A DNA stretch of 60,161 bases from a virus (lineage: Duplodnaviria > Caudoviricetes). Below, piece after piece: positions 11,075 through 21,555 of this stretch (position 1 is its first letter; each line of letters begins with the position of its first letter). The position numbers and the translations under genes were made by a program. Location: the IMG/VR virus record IMGVR_UViG_3300049596_000421, positions 1 through 60,161 of that record, one strand, 5' to 3'. The notes under the pieces are model-generated. The model ran no database searches, was not told where the DNA came from, and saw nothing but the letters and a program-made list of their open reading frames with translations.

Positions 11075-11998
11075 ATGAAATCAAAAATAGTTACAGCATA
11101 TTGGATGGATGTTGAGGGGTATCCATTTCAAGGTGTACTTCCAATTAGAAAAATAAGATATCAAGGTTCTTTAATTTCTCATTGTACTGGTAGTGGACTA
11201 CCGGTTATTTGTTACACTCATAGTAAAAATTATGACGAACTTAACAATATTAAAGTGAAGTATAATTTAACTAATTTAGAGTTGAAAATATTAGAACTAT
11301 CTGATGTAAAATATCACAATGAAATTGAAAGGGTTAGAAATAATAATTTCGATACTGATTTGGATGGTAGAGGTCCTGAAATAATGTGGGGAAAATTTGA
11401 TGTGTTAGAAAGAGAACTTGATGGATTTGATAGAGTTTATTGGGTTGATGTTGGTTTACAACACCCTGGCATATTCCCTTGGATGTACTCTAAAGTTCAC
11501 AATGAGAATTCTGAAAATTTAGGTGTACCAACAAATTGGTGGGCTCATTTAGATGTGTTTAATTTTTCAAAATTAATTGATAGTGATGTGTATGATAAAT
11601 TAAATAACATCTGTGAAAATAAAATAATGTTTGTTTGTTCATATGGACCTCAAATAAGTTATCCGTTTTTAAATTATGGAATATTAGACAAATCGTTTGA
11701 ATCTCCATACCCGGTTGGTGGTATGGTTGGTGGTGATGTTCAAATATTAAAAAAATACATAAATTTATTTTGGGAATTCACTGAGAAAATTTTAGAAAAA
11801 AACATACTTTGCACAGAAGAAGTAATTATGAAACCGTCATATGATTTAATTGGTGACGATGAAAAGGTTACACTTATGTTTAACGCGTTTGCATCTGGAG
11901 AACACGATGATTATCACTACACTATGTGGAATAAAGAAAAAAATACAGCAAAACCTTTCTATATGATGTGGCACGATATAAAAAATTTTAACATATGA
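11075..11998 (+). CDS. HtrL/YibB (WlaTC)-like putative glycosyltransferase
   Basis: KIVTAYW start, VYWVDVG, VGGMVGG and TEEVIM; the pattern parallels the N-terminal domain of the 14167 ORF. Confidence 0.55.
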   Translation: MKSKIVTAYWMDVEGYPFQGVLPIRKIRYQGSLISHCTGSGLPVICYTHSKNYDELNNIKVKYNLTNLELKILELSDVKYHNEIERVRNNNFDTDLDGRGPEIMWGKFDVLERELDGFDRVYWVDVGLQHPGIFPWMYSKVHNENSENLGVPTNWWAHLDVFNFSKLIDSDVYDKLNNICENKIMFVCSYGPQISYPFLNYGILDKSFESPYPVGGMVGGDVQILKKYINLFWEFTEKILEKNILCTEEVIMKPSYDLIGDDEKVTLMFNAFASGEHDDYHYTMWNKEKNTAKPFYMMWHDIKNFNI

Positions 11999-12870
11999 AA
12001 TCAGTCATAACCGCGTCATTTAATAGTGGGTTAGGAGATATGTATACAAATCTTTATCAAATTTATTATTTACAAGAAGAATTAAAAAAAATTGGATATG
12101 AGGTTAAAACAATCATTGATTTAGGGCGTAACCCTTATAAAATGTATAGTGAAGACAGAAACATATTTAAAAGAATTTTTAAATTAGATTTGTTAGATGA
12201 GTTGGAAATTGTGATAGGTAATCTTGAAACAGTTAATGATGATTTAAGTCAAGATTTAATTAAGGTATATAACTATGAACATATTCATACAGTATTTGTT
12301 GATGAAAAAAGTGACGAATTTGATAACATTAAACACGTAAAACATTCTTGGTATTATAGAGATGATTTACCAAAAATTAACCTATTTAGTGATGAGGTAA
12401 CAAAATATTGTGAATTAAAATCTAAAGAGATAGGTGATAATTATATTGGATTACATTATAGACCATTTTCATCAGATAATGAGGATAATATTGAATCTGA
12501 TTTAGAAAATTACAAATTAGAAATAAATAATATTTTAGAAGAAAACCACGATAAAATTGTGTTTATTTCGACAAATAAATTTTTAGTAAAGGAGTATTTA
12601 AAAAATAGTAACTACACTAACTACTATATCAATGAGTTTGTTTTTCCTAACGTACACGACAGTATTAGGGAATTAAAAATTAACGATGACGATTTATTTG
12701 AAATTTTAAAAGAAACATTATGTGATATGTATTTACTGTCAAAATGTGAGAAAATATATAGGATTGCAAATTGGTTTTCCGCTTTTTTATCTTTCTCTTG
12801 TTTATATAATCAAACCAATGTTTCTAATACGTTAAGATATTACCCTGAATACCCAATATTACCACTTTAA
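11995..12870 (+). CDS. Fucosyltransferase-like GT-B glycosyltransferase (GT11/GT23/NodZ-like)
   Basis: SGLGDM; YIGLHYR; VFISTN; DMYLLSKCEKI...SAF. Confidence 0.6.
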   Translation: MKSVITASFNSGLGDMYTNLYQIYYLQEELKKIGYEVKTIIDLGRNPYKMYSEDRNIFKRIFKLDLLDELEIVIGNLETVNDDLSQDLIKVYNYEHIHTVFVDEKSDEFDNIKHVKHSWYYRDDLPKINLFSDEVTKYCELKSKEIGDNYIGLHYRPFSSDNEDNIESDLENYKLEINNILEENHDKIVFISTNKFLVKEYLKNSNYTNYYINEFVFPNVHDSIRELKINDDDLFEILKETLCDMYLLSKCEKIYRIANWFSAFLSFSCLYNQTNVSNTLRYYPEYPILPL

Positions 12871-12904
12871 AAAGTATAAAAAATTAAACTAATAATATAA
12901 TAAA

Positions 12905-13483
12905 ATGGATTTTTACTCACAAATTGGACAAGATAGACTTGTCTTAAAATATTTAAAAAATAAAATGAACGGCACCTTTGTTGATGTTGGTTGCGGATTT
13001 CCTAAACTTATCAACAATACTTATGTCTTGGAAAATAACTTTAATTGGGGTGGGATATCAATTGATATTCATATGTTCACTGAAGAAGATGGTATGGTAT
13101 GGGATGACTGTAGAAACACAAAATTAATTTTAGCAGATGCTTTAACGATTAATTATTCGTCGTTATTTAAAGAAAATAACTTACCAATAAATATAGATTA
13201 TTTAAGTATGGATTTAGAGCCACCAGATTTGTCATTGGAATGTTTGTTTAAAATACCATTTGATGAATATACTTTTAATATTATCACATTTGAGGTTGAT
13301 AACAATAGAGAGGGTGATACACGAAGAATTTCAGAAAGTAGAGAATTTTTAAAATCAAAAGGTTATACATTAATAGGTTCAATTTGTAGTGGACAAGATG
13401 ACGTATATTTACATAATTCGTTAATTGAATTGACTAACGAATTTACATTTTTTGATGAGGATATCATATGGACAAAACAATAA
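12905..13483 (+). CDS. FkbM-like SAM-dependent methyltransferase
   Basis: FYSQIGQD, GTFVDVGCG, NNTYVLE, WGGISID, IDYLSMDLE, FNIITFE. Confidence 0.75.
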   Translation: MDFYSQIGQDRLVLKYLKNKMNGTFVDVGCGFPKLINNTYVLENNFNWGGISIDIHMFTEEDGMVWDDCRNTKLILADALTINYSSLFKENNLPINIDYLSMDLEPPDLSLECLFKIPFDEYTFNIITFEVDNNREGDTRRISESREFLKSKGYTLIGSICSGQDDVYLHNSLIELTNEFTFFDEDIIWTKQ

Positions 13484-13532
13484 TTTGTTAAAAAAACTTT
13501 ATTTATAATTAACCATAACTTATATTCTTACT

Positions 13533-14165
13533 ATGAATTACGAAGATAAAATAACTAAAAAATCCGATTTAAAATGCAATGATAGTGTTTCGGTATATAA
13601 CGGCTCTTGGGGAGCTCAACAAAATCCAAATGTTTTTGAAACGTTTCATTATTTTTTAAATGATATTAAACCTAAACAAATTTTAGAAATAGGTACATCA
13701 ATAGGTGGGTTTACGTCATTCTTAAATTATACCTGTAAAAAACTTGGTATTAATTCTCACATTATCTCTTACGACATTAATGAACTTTCTTGGTATGAAG
13801 ATATGAAATCGGAAGGTGTTGATGTTAGAGTGGAAAATGTATTTACTCCTAACTATGACGAAGTTAAACAAGAGGTTATAGATTTTATCAATAATGATGG
13901 AGTAACTTTAGTTCTTTGTGATGGTGGTGATAAAATAGGTGAGTTTAATTTATTATCAAATTACATTAAACCGGGTGACTTTATAATGGCTCACGATTAT
14001 TCCCAAGACTCGGAAACATTTGAATCAAATGTTAATAATAAAATATGGAATTGGCACGAAATTTCCGATAAGGACATCGAAGATGCTTGTGTTAAAAATA
14101 ATTTAATAAGTTATAAAAAAGACGTTTTTGATAACGTTGTTTGGGTTTGTAAAACAAAAATATAA
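13533..14165 (+). CDS. CmcI/rhamnosyl O-methyltransferase-like SAM methyltransferase
   Basis: KPKQILEIGTSIGG, IISYDI, LVLCDGG, IKPGDFIMAHD. Confidence 0.7.
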   Translation: MNYEDKITKKSDLKCNDSVSVYNGSWGAQQNPNVFETFHYFLNDIKPKQILEIGTSIGGFTSFLNYTCKKLGINSHIISYDINELSWYEDMKSEGVDVRVENVFTPNYDEVKQEVIDFINNDGVTLVLCDGGDKIGEFNLLSNYIKPGDFIMAHDYSQDSETFESNVNNKIWNWHEISDKDIEDACVKNNLISYKKDVFDNVVWVCKTKI

Positions 14166-14166
14166 T

Positions 14167-15840
14167 ATGTCAGTAACTATAGTAACCGGTTTATGGGATA
14201 TAGGTCGAGGAGACCTTCAAGAAGGATGGTCGAGGTCATTCCAACATTATTTAGATAAATTTCAACAACTATTACAAGTTGATGTTAATATGATAATTTT
14301 TGGTGACGAAGAATTAGAAAAATTTGTATTAAATAATAGACGTAGTGAAAATACTCAATTTGTTCGTAGAGATTTATCTTGGTTTAAAAACAATGATTTT
14401 TTCAATAAAATACAACAAATAAGAACTAACCCTGATTGGTATAATCAAGTTGGATGGTTAAGTGAATCGACACAAGCCAAATTAGAGATGTACAACCCTT
14501 TGGTTATGTCCAAAGTATTTCTTTTGCACGATGCGAAAATTTTAGATAAGTTTGATTCAGAATATATGTTTTGGGTTGATGCTGGATTAACCAATACAAT
14601 CCATCCAGGATATTTTACGCACGACAAAGTATTAGACAAACTACCCCAATTAGTTAAGAATTTTCATTTTGTTTGTTTCCCTTATGAAACAAATAGTGAA
14701 ATCCACGGATTTAAATATTCTGAGTTATGTGAATTGGCAGGGAAACCCGTTAATATGGTTGCAAGAGCCGGATTCTTTGGGGGTAAAAAAGATGTTATAT
14801 CAGAAATTAATAGTATATATTATGGTTTAATGAATGATACATTATCTCAAGGATTGATGGGGACAGAAGAGTCATTATTTACAATTATGACGTACAAATA
14901 CCCAGATTTAATAACTTATTCTGAAATAGAAGGTAATGGTTTAATGGGTAAATTTTTTGAAGACTTAAAAGATATGACAGTTGAGATTAAATCTGAAGTG
15001 TCTGATGACGTTGTCACAAATAATTTAGACGATTCAAAAGTTGGACTTTATGTTATTACATTTAACTCACCAAAACAATTGGAGGTTTTAATAAAATCAA
15101 TGTTAGATTATGATGCTGACTTTATTAATAAACCAAAAAAATTCTTATTAGATAACTCAACGGATTTATCTACAACACCACAATATATTGAATTATGTGA
15201 AGAGTATGGATTTGAACATATTAAGAAAGATAATATTGGTATTGTTGGGGGTAGAGTATTTGTTGCCGAACATTTTGAAGAAACTGATTTAGATTTTTGT
15301 TGGTGGTTTGAGGATGATATGGCATTTCACCCTAAAAAAGATGAGGTTTGTAGAAATGGATTCCCAAGATTTGTTAACAATTTATATCAAAAATCATTAG
15401 ACATTGTAAAAAAAGAAAATTTTGATTTTTTAAAATTAAATTTTAGTGAATTTTTTGGTGATAATAGTGTTCAATGGAGTTGGTATAATGTTCCTCAGGA
15501 TTTTAGACAATCTCATTGGCCCAACAATAAAAAATTACCGGTTCAGGGGTTAGACCCAAATTCCCCAAAAACAAAATTTAACGAAATTAATATTCATAAA
15601 GGATTACCTTATGTGTCAGGAGAAATTTACTTATGTAATTGGCCAATTGTGTTAACAAAATCCGGAAATTATAAATGTTATTTAGAAACTAAATGGGCTC
15701 ACCCATTTGAACAAACTCTGATGTCTTACGCTTATCAAGAAACGGTGAAAGGTAACATTAATCCGGGGTTATTATTATTAACACCAACGGAACATAACAG
15801 ATTTGAACACTATGACGGTTCTTTAAGAAAAGAAAGCTAA
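14167..15840 (+). CDS. HtrL/YibB (WlaTC)-family glycosyltransferase fused to a C-terminal GT2-like domain
   Basis: Likely ATG at 14167 (MSVTIVTGLWDIGR); YNPLVMSK, YMFWVDAG, AGFFGG and GTEESLF; second domain LYVITFNSP...LLDNS...WWFEDD. Confidence 0.75.
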   Translation: MSVTIVTGLWDIGRGDLQEGWSRSFQHYLDKFQQLLQVDVNMIIFGDEELEKFVLNNRRSENTQFVRRDLSWFKNNDFFNKIQQIRTNPDWYNQVGWLSESTQAKLEMYNPLVMSKVFLLHDAKILDKFDSEYMFWVDAGLTNTIHPGYFTHDKVLDKLPQLVKNFHFVCFPYETNSEIHGFKYSELCELAGKPVNMVARAGFFGGKKDVISEINSIYYGLMNDTLSQGLMGTEESLFTIMTYKYPDLITYSEIEGNGLMGKFFEDLKDMTVEIKSEVSDDVVTNNLDDSKVGLYVITFNSPKQLEVLIKSMLDYDADFINKPKKFLLDNSTDLSTTPQYIELCEEYGFEHIKKDNIGIVGGRVFVAEHFEETDLDFCWWFEDDMAFHPKKDEVCRNGFPRFVNNLYQKSLDIVKKENFDFLKLNFSEFFGDNSVQWSWYNVPQDFRQSHWPNNKKLPVQGLDPNSPKTKFNEINIHKGLPYVSGEIYLCNWPIVLTKSGNYKCYLETKWAHPFEQTLMSYAYQETVKGNINPGLLLLTPTEHNRFEHYDGSLRKES

Positions 15841-15855
15841 TTCCATATTATGAAG

Positions 15856-15863
15856 TATTTATA
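15856..15863 (+). promoter_or_regulatory. TATTTATA upstream motif
   Basis: 13 nt before the ATG at 15877. Confidence 0.55.
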
Positions 15864-15876
15864 ATAAAAACTTTAG

Positions 15877-18800
15877 ATGGAATTTTTTATAAAGAAAAAC
15901 GCAACCTTACCCTTATTAAAATTACAGGTAGTTAAAGACGGTAGAAGTGATTACAATAATTTTATGGAATTATTGGAGACATCCACCATATTCTTTTCTA
16001 TGGTTAATTCTGAGACAGGGATTCCTAAGATAACTTCAAGACCGGGAGGGTTTGTTGAAAAAATATTTGACGACCCAAATGCCGAACCTGAATACTACAT
16101 TTACTATCAATTTACCAAACAAGATACAAGTATTGAAGGTAGATATGAAGGGCAATTTTTAATTAAAACATTTGAAGGTAATGTCATATTACCTATTAGA
16201 GAAAAATTATTTATATATGTTCAAGAATCGTTTATTGCTGACGATTTAGAGTATAATACTTGTTATACCTCAACATTCCCTTGTTGTGGTAATCCGGATA
16301 TTATTGAGAATCCGGATGAAAATACTATCACTATTGTTCCACAATATTATCCGGGTTCAATAGGTGTATTATACACCGTAACATCAAGATATCCGGTGGA
16401 TACTGATATCACAGTAACATTTAAAAATGTTTTAGGTGTTACTACGGGTGACCCAATAATTATTGATTCTTCAGTTTCAATCTTTACAGGTAGTAAAGAG
16501 GGTATAACTGAACTTATTATTGATGAAGATTTCGATAGATTAAATTTATACACACTATTTTCTGATATTATATTAACAGATAATGGACCTTCACAATACT
16601 TTAATGTTCCTATTATTGGAGGACCAATTGAAATTGACCCTATAAAACCAAGACCTTTTCCAAAATATATATCGGCATATGTTACAAGTTGTTGTGATGA
16701 TACTGAAAAATGTATGATAAAAATACCATCCTTCATAGATATTGTGGTTGGTAATAGTCTTTTAGGGAGTGATGGAATATGTTATACAATTCAAAAATTA
16801 AATATTGTTTGTGATATGGATATGGATAATATAGTGTCTTATGGACAATCATATTATGAAAATTGTAAATTTTGTCTTTCAAAGTATCCTTGTGAAGTTA
16901 TTAAAGAAACTCCAACACCAACTCCAACATCAACACAAAACCTTTGTTTAGTTACTCCAACACCAACACCAACAACTAAAAAAGATTGTGTTAGACCTGA
17001 ATTAAATACTGTTTTAATTAGTAGTGGGAACACATTCCTATTGTATTTTACAGTAACGGGTCCTTGTACAACAATGTTAGTTAATTGGTCGTCAGATAAT
17101 ATTACTTTTAATAGTGAATCAGGTAGTTGTTCATCACCAAGAAGTATTACAATACCAGGTTCATTACCTCCAACAATATATTTTAATATTAGTCAATTTA
17201 ATAATGAATGTCCGACATTTACATCTAATACTTTAACGTATAATGTAATACCGGTAACACCTACACCAACACAGACTAATACTGCAACTCCAACACCAAC
17301 GGGGACACCATTACCTTCTGTTGTGGTGGGGTTTGTTGATTGTTGTGATAGTTCAAATATTTTTATAATATCAGAGATGCCATCATTTGATGGTGGATAT
17401 GATGGGACGTATTTTGTTCAAAGTTCAGGTTTTAATGGTTGTGCGACAGTTATAGAATTAATTGATAGACCAAAATTTGTGTATTCTTATATTGGTTTAA
17501 TAAAACAAAAAGATTGTCAAAGTTGTTTTGATAATACAGGAACGGTTTGTTCTACTCCTACTCCAACACCTACTGTTACACCAACAGTTACACCATTAGT
17601 TTGTGATATTGATTTTGAGGTTATTTTGTTAAGCCCAACACCAACCCCAACACAAACACCTACAAATACAATAACCCCAACACAAACACCTACAAATACA
17701 ATAACACCCACACTTACGGTTACACCAACACCAACAAAACCAAGTCCACCTTGTTTTGGGTATTTATATAATTTTTATGCAATAACCGGTACAACAACTC
17801 AGTCACTTACTAGTAATGATGATTGGGTGGTACCAACAAAGGCTAATTTAGATACACTTGTTTCTTCTGTTGGTAATAATGGTAATTCATTAAAGTTAGT
17901 TGATGTTACCACATATTGGGACTCAAACAATATAAATGCGACTAATAGTTCAGGGTTTAGTGCTATTGGTAATGGAAGTAGAAATAATCTTTTCTTCACA
18001 TCTCAAAAAAGTTCATCAGTGTATCGTTCAATAACACCATATAATAGTGGTGGTTCTTATGTGATGAGTTTAAATTCTAGTCTTAGTACTGTAACTGTGG
18101 ATGGGGCACCATCACACCTTAATGGGTATGCAATTAGATTAGTAAAAAATACAACAGCATTAAATCCGGGACAAACAGGCACTTACATTGGAAACGACGG
18201 AAAAACATATAACACAATTTGTATTGGGACACAGGAATGGATGTCTCAAGATTTAAGAGAAACGTCATATAGAAATTTATCTTCAATACCAAATATTGCT
18301 AACCAAACAATTTGGAATGTGTTGAATAGTGGTGCTTATTGTATATATGATAATAATCCATATAATGTTAGTGGGTGTCAAATAACACCAACACCAACTA
18401 AGACATCAACTCAAACACCAACACAAACACCTACAAATACAACTACACCTACTCAAACTCCAACAATTTATTGTATTGAAATAGTGGGTGAATCTGGTTG
18501 TGGTTATGTTTATCCTACTCAAGGAGTAGGTTTAATGGGTGGTAAAAAATATTGGACAGGAACTACCGCAACTGGTAATCCTTTTATGATATATTGGGAT
18601 ACTACTCAATATTGTTGGGTTGTTAAAAATACTAACACAAATGAATTGTGTTCTAGATTATACATTAATTCAGAATACCCTATTGGTGATTACACCGAAT
18701 GGGTGTCTGTTGGAAATGTAACACCGAGTTGTTCGTGTTTATCAGACGATACTTATTTTGGTACAAGATTAATTACTTGTACAACACAAACTCCAACACC

Positions 18801-19578
18801 AACAAAAACTCCAACACCTACTGTTACACCAACAAAAGGAACAATAGTAGTACCTCAATGTTCGGTAATATACCAAACTTCAAGTACTTTGTTTTACTCA
18901 TATGATAAAAACACCAATGTTTCTACATTGTTAAATTTAAATACTATCCCACAATCACTTGGTGGTGATGTTGCTCACACAATTAATAAATTATGGAGAT
19001 ATAACAGTATAGGACAAATATATGAATCTAACATAACATTAAACCCATTTTCATCCACAGCTAATCGAACTATTAATATAAGTGTTAATTTAGGACCGGG
19101 GTTATGTGCCATTGATGATACTCATTTAATTTCTTCAACACAAATTAGTGGTGTTGGTAGTGATACTGTAATTAAAATCACATTAAACCCTAACAATACC
19201 TGCACAATAGAAAATTTATTTGCGCTGCCTTTAGGAAGATATATTTCAGGGGATTTTATATACACAACAAATGGTAAAATTATACTAACATCATTTAGTT
19301 CAGGTAATCCATTGTCGTATTATATTTCACAATATGTTTTAATTGGTAATATCTGGACAATTGAATTTGATAAAAATATTACAACCACAGCACCTAAACC
19401 ATTTGGTTTAGGTATAATAGACGGAGGTATTTATATTTTTAGTGAATCAAATCTAAAACAAATAAGTATAACATTTCCTTATACCGTTACACAAGTAAAT
19501 AATATTGGTAAACCGGTGGGTGGGGCATCACAAGTTCCAAGTTGTTGTAACGTAACATTTATAACATCACAATCATAA
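15877..19578 (+). CDS. Large Pro-Thr-linker modular virion protein (BppU-like Ig N-terminus, Cys-rich modules, permuted FISUMP domain)
   Basis: [18 protein letters not shown]...YQFTKQDT...GRYEGQF resembles baseplate-upper-protein Ig domains; several PT tracts; FISUMP motifs [15 protein letters not shown] and [16 protein letters not shown]. Confidence 0.7.
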   Translation: MEFFIKKNATLPLLKLQVVKDGRSDYNNFMELLETSTIFFSMVNSETGIPKITSRPGGFVEKIFDDPNAEPEYYIYYQFTKQDTSIEGRYEGQFLIKTFEGNVILPIREKLFIYVQESFIADDLEYNTCYTSTFPCCGNPDIIENPDENTITIVPQYYPGSIGVLYTVTSRYPVDTDITVTFKNVLGVTTGDPIIIDSSVSIFTGSKEGITELIIDEDFDRLNLYTLFSDIILTDNGPSQYFNVPIIGGPIEIDPIKPRPFPKYISAYVTSCCDDTEKCMIKIPSFIDIVVGNSLLGSDGICYTIQKLNIVCDMDMDNIVSYGQSYYENCKFCLSKYPCEVIKETPTPTPTSTQNLCLVTPTPTPTTKKDCVRPELNTVLISSGNTFLLYFTVTGPCTTMLVNWSSDNITFNSESGSCSSPRSITIPGSLPPTIYFNISQFNNECPTFTSNTLTYNVIPVTPTPTQTNTATPTPTGTPLPSVVVGFVDCCDSSNIFIISEMPSFDGGYDGTYFVQSSGFNGCATVIELIDRPKFVYSYIGLIKQKDCQSCFDNTGTVCSTPTPTPTVTPTVTPLVCDIDFEVILLSPTPTPTQTPTNTITPTQTPTNTITPTLTVTPTPTKPSPPCFGYLYNFYAITGTTTQSLTSNDDWVVPTKANLDTLVSSVGNNGNSLKLVDVTTYWDSNNINATNSSGFSAIGNGSRNNLFFTSQKSSSVYRSITPYNSGGSYVMSLNSSLSTVTVDGAPSHLNGYAIRLVKNTTALNPGQTGTYIGNDGKTYNTICIGTQEWMSQDLRETSYRNLSSIPNIANQTIWNVLNSGAYCIYDNNPYNVSGCQITPTPTKTSTQTPTQTPTNTTTPTQTPTIYCIEIVGESGCGYVYPTQGVGLMGGKKYWTGTTATGNPFMIYWDTTQYCWVVKNTNTNELCSRLYINSEYPIGDYTEWVSVGNVTPSCSCLSDDTYFGTRLITCTTQTPTPTKTPTPTVTPTKGTIVVPQCSVIYQTSSTLFYSYDKNTNVSTLLNLNTIPQSLGGDVAHTINKLWRYNSIGQIYESNITLNPFSSTANRTINISVNLGPGLCAIDDTHLISSTQISGVGSDTVIKITLNPNNTCTIENLFALPLGRYISGDFIYTTNGKIILTSFSSGNPLSYYISQYVLIGNIWTIEFDKNITTTAPKPFGLGIIDGGIYIFSESNLKQISITFPYTVTQVNNIGKPVGGASQVPSCCNVTFITSQS
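17643..17702 (+). repeat. 30-nt tandem duplication within a PT linker
   Basis: aaccccaacacaaacacctacaaatacaat occurs twice; a further partial copy lies near 18418. Confidence 0.85.
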
Positions 19579-19590
19579 TAATAAAACAAT

Positions 19591-21537
19591 ATGGGAACAT
19601 TTTTAGAGATAACAACAACAAATTATAACGGACAATTAGCCGAAATAACCTTTTTCCCTTGTTCGGGGGGGACTATTTTTATTGGTCAAGTCACTTTACC
19701 ATATTATTATGATAATCCTTATTATTATGGTACATATCAGATTTATATACCTAATTACAATGAATATTGTGATTTAGTAATTCCTTGTCCAACACCGTCA
19801 CCAACATCCACACCAACACTTACACCAACTCGTAAAATAAGAAATTTACCGTATAGAGTATTATCTTGTTGTAGTCGTCTTTCGGGTGTAATAATATTAC
19901 CATCAACTTTTGATATTGGTATGACAATATTAACTACCTCTAAATTATGTATGACAATTATTGATTTTGCACCAAAAGGTAGTATACCAACATTTACTTG
20001 GTCAGGTATTTCATATGATGGTTGTGAAAAATGTTTAGAAGATTATCCTTGTAATCCTAACCCAACTCCGACTCCAACCCCAACTAGTTGTAAAGGTTGT
20101 CAAAGTTATACCTTAGATGGTGGTTTAGGTAGACGTGGATACACTGAATTTAGTTACATCCCTTGTGGTGAACGAACACCTGTCACCATTTTTATAGATA
20201 GAACGGATACAATACCTGGAAATACACTTACAGTTTGTGCGGAATGTTACTATGGTATTGTAATATTATCCGGTCCGGGTAGTTATGTGATATCGGGAGA
20301 ATGTGTTAAACCAACACCAACTCCAACACCAACTAAAACTCCAACCCAAACACCGTTAACAAATTTTTGTCTTATAATAAGTCAAGAATGTGGAACGGTT
20401 TTCCCTATTGAAGAAAAAGAGTTAATAAATGGTAAAAAATCTTGGACAACCACAATAAATGGTAATCCTGCTTTAATATATTGGGATAACATACAACTTT
20501 GTTGGGTGGTTAAAAATACGGATACTGATGAAGAATGTTCTAAGTTATTTATTGATTCTGAATACCCTGTTGGGGATTACACTCAATGGGTTTCGACAAT
20601 ACCACCTACAGAAGGTTGTTCGTGTTTATCAACAGACACTTATTTTAATATACAATTAATTAATTGTCCGACACCAACACCTACACCAACAAATACTGTT
20701 ACACCAACAGTAACTCCAACAATGACATCCACACCAACACCAACAATGACACAAACTCCAACAAATACGGTGACATCGACTAGCACACCAACAAATACGG
20801 TAACATCGACTAGTACACCAACACCAACAAATACTGAAACACCTACTCAAACACCAACAAACACCTCAACGACAACACCAACACCAAGTGTAACATCTTC
20901 ACCATTACCACCAATTATTGGATATTTTCAAGATTGTTGTGATGAAACTATTAAGTTTAAAGTGGGTTCATTGGTTCAATCATTAAATATTGGAGAATCA
21001 TACTATGTTGTGACAGATGGGTATTCAGGGTGTACAATAGCTATTAATGAAACACTTGTTTCGGTTCAATACTTGGAGACATTAGTTTTAAGTCAGGAAG
21101 GTAATTGTGAAACTTGTAACGTTAAATATTCAAAAGTGTGTCCGACACCAACTCCAACCCCAACTCCAACAAATACAGAAACTCCGACACCAACTCCAAC
21201 ACCAACTGAAACCCCAACACAAACACCAACTAATACGGAAACCCCAACACAAACCCCAACACCTACTATAACAGAAACCCCAACTCAAACACCAACACCA
21301 ACAAATACAGAAACTCCGACTCAAACACCGACGAATACGTTAACATCAACACCGACACCTACTATGACACCCACAACAAGTCCTGAAGTGTGTATTGATT
21401 GTAATGTATCAGGGTATACTTATATTATATCTGATTCAGTGATTTATCCTACACCAATGCCAACAAGAACTTCAACACCGACACCAACTAAAACACCGGA
21501 TAATACAATATACACAATATGGGTACATATTGAATAA
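19591..21537 (+). CDS. Mucin-like Pro-Thr-rich, Cys-rich modular protein
   Basis: Two PT tracts of about 80 aa; Cys-rich modules paralogous to those in the 3892 and 15877 ORFs. Confidence 0.8.
   Translation: MGTFLEITTTNYNGQLAEITFFPCSGGTIFIGQVTLPYYYDNPYYYGTYQIYIPNYNEYCDLVIPCPTPSPTSTPTLTPTRKIRNLPYRVLSCCSRLSGVIILPSTFDIGMTILTTSKLCMTIIDFAPKGSIPTFTWSGISYDGCEKCLEDYPCNPNPTPTPTPTSCKGCQSYTLDGGLGRRGYTEFSYIPCGERTPVTIFIDRTDTIPGNTLTVCAECYYGIVILSGPGSYVISGECVKPTPTPTPTKTPTQTPLTNFCLIISQECGTVFPIEEKELINGKKSWTTTINGNPALIYWDNIQLCWVVKNTDTDEECSKLFIDSEYPVGDYTQWVSTIPPTEGCSCLSTDTYFNIQLINCPTPTPTPTNTVTPTVTPTMTSTPTPTMTQTPTNTVTSTSTPTNTVTSTSTPTPTNTETPTQTPTNTSTTTPTPSVTSSPLPPIIGYFQDCCDETIKFKVGSLVQSLNIGESYYVVTDGYSGCTIAINETLVSVQYLETLVLSQEGNCETCNVKYSKVCPTPTPTPTPTNTETPTPTPTPTETPTQTPTNTETPTQTPTPTITETPTQTPTPTNTETPTQTPTNTLTSTPTPTMTPTTSPEVCIDCNVSGYTYIISDSVIYPTPMPTRTSTPTPTKTPDNTIYTIWVHIE
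20668..21380 (+). repeat. Low-complexity (CCAACA)n-like coding repeats (PT linkers), interrupted by one Cys-rich module
   Basis: acaccaacacca-type arrays at about 20668-20900 and 21142-21380; near-perfect 30-nt tandem repeat at 20758-20817. Confidence 0.85.
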
Positions 21538-21555
21538 TATAAAAATTAACAAATT

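Noticed and set aside
6985-15840. The GT cluster as a T4-like DNA glucosylation system
   Set aside because: The families resemble protein/glycan-acting enzymes, no hydroxymethylase is visible, and restriction-site avoidance suggests unprotected DNA. This is disfavoured rather than excluded.
4120-21500. CCAACA-type repeats as a CRISPR array or non-coding satellite
   Set aside because: They are in-frame Pro-Thr codons with synonymous variation, have no constant repeat-spacer period, and no cas genes are present.
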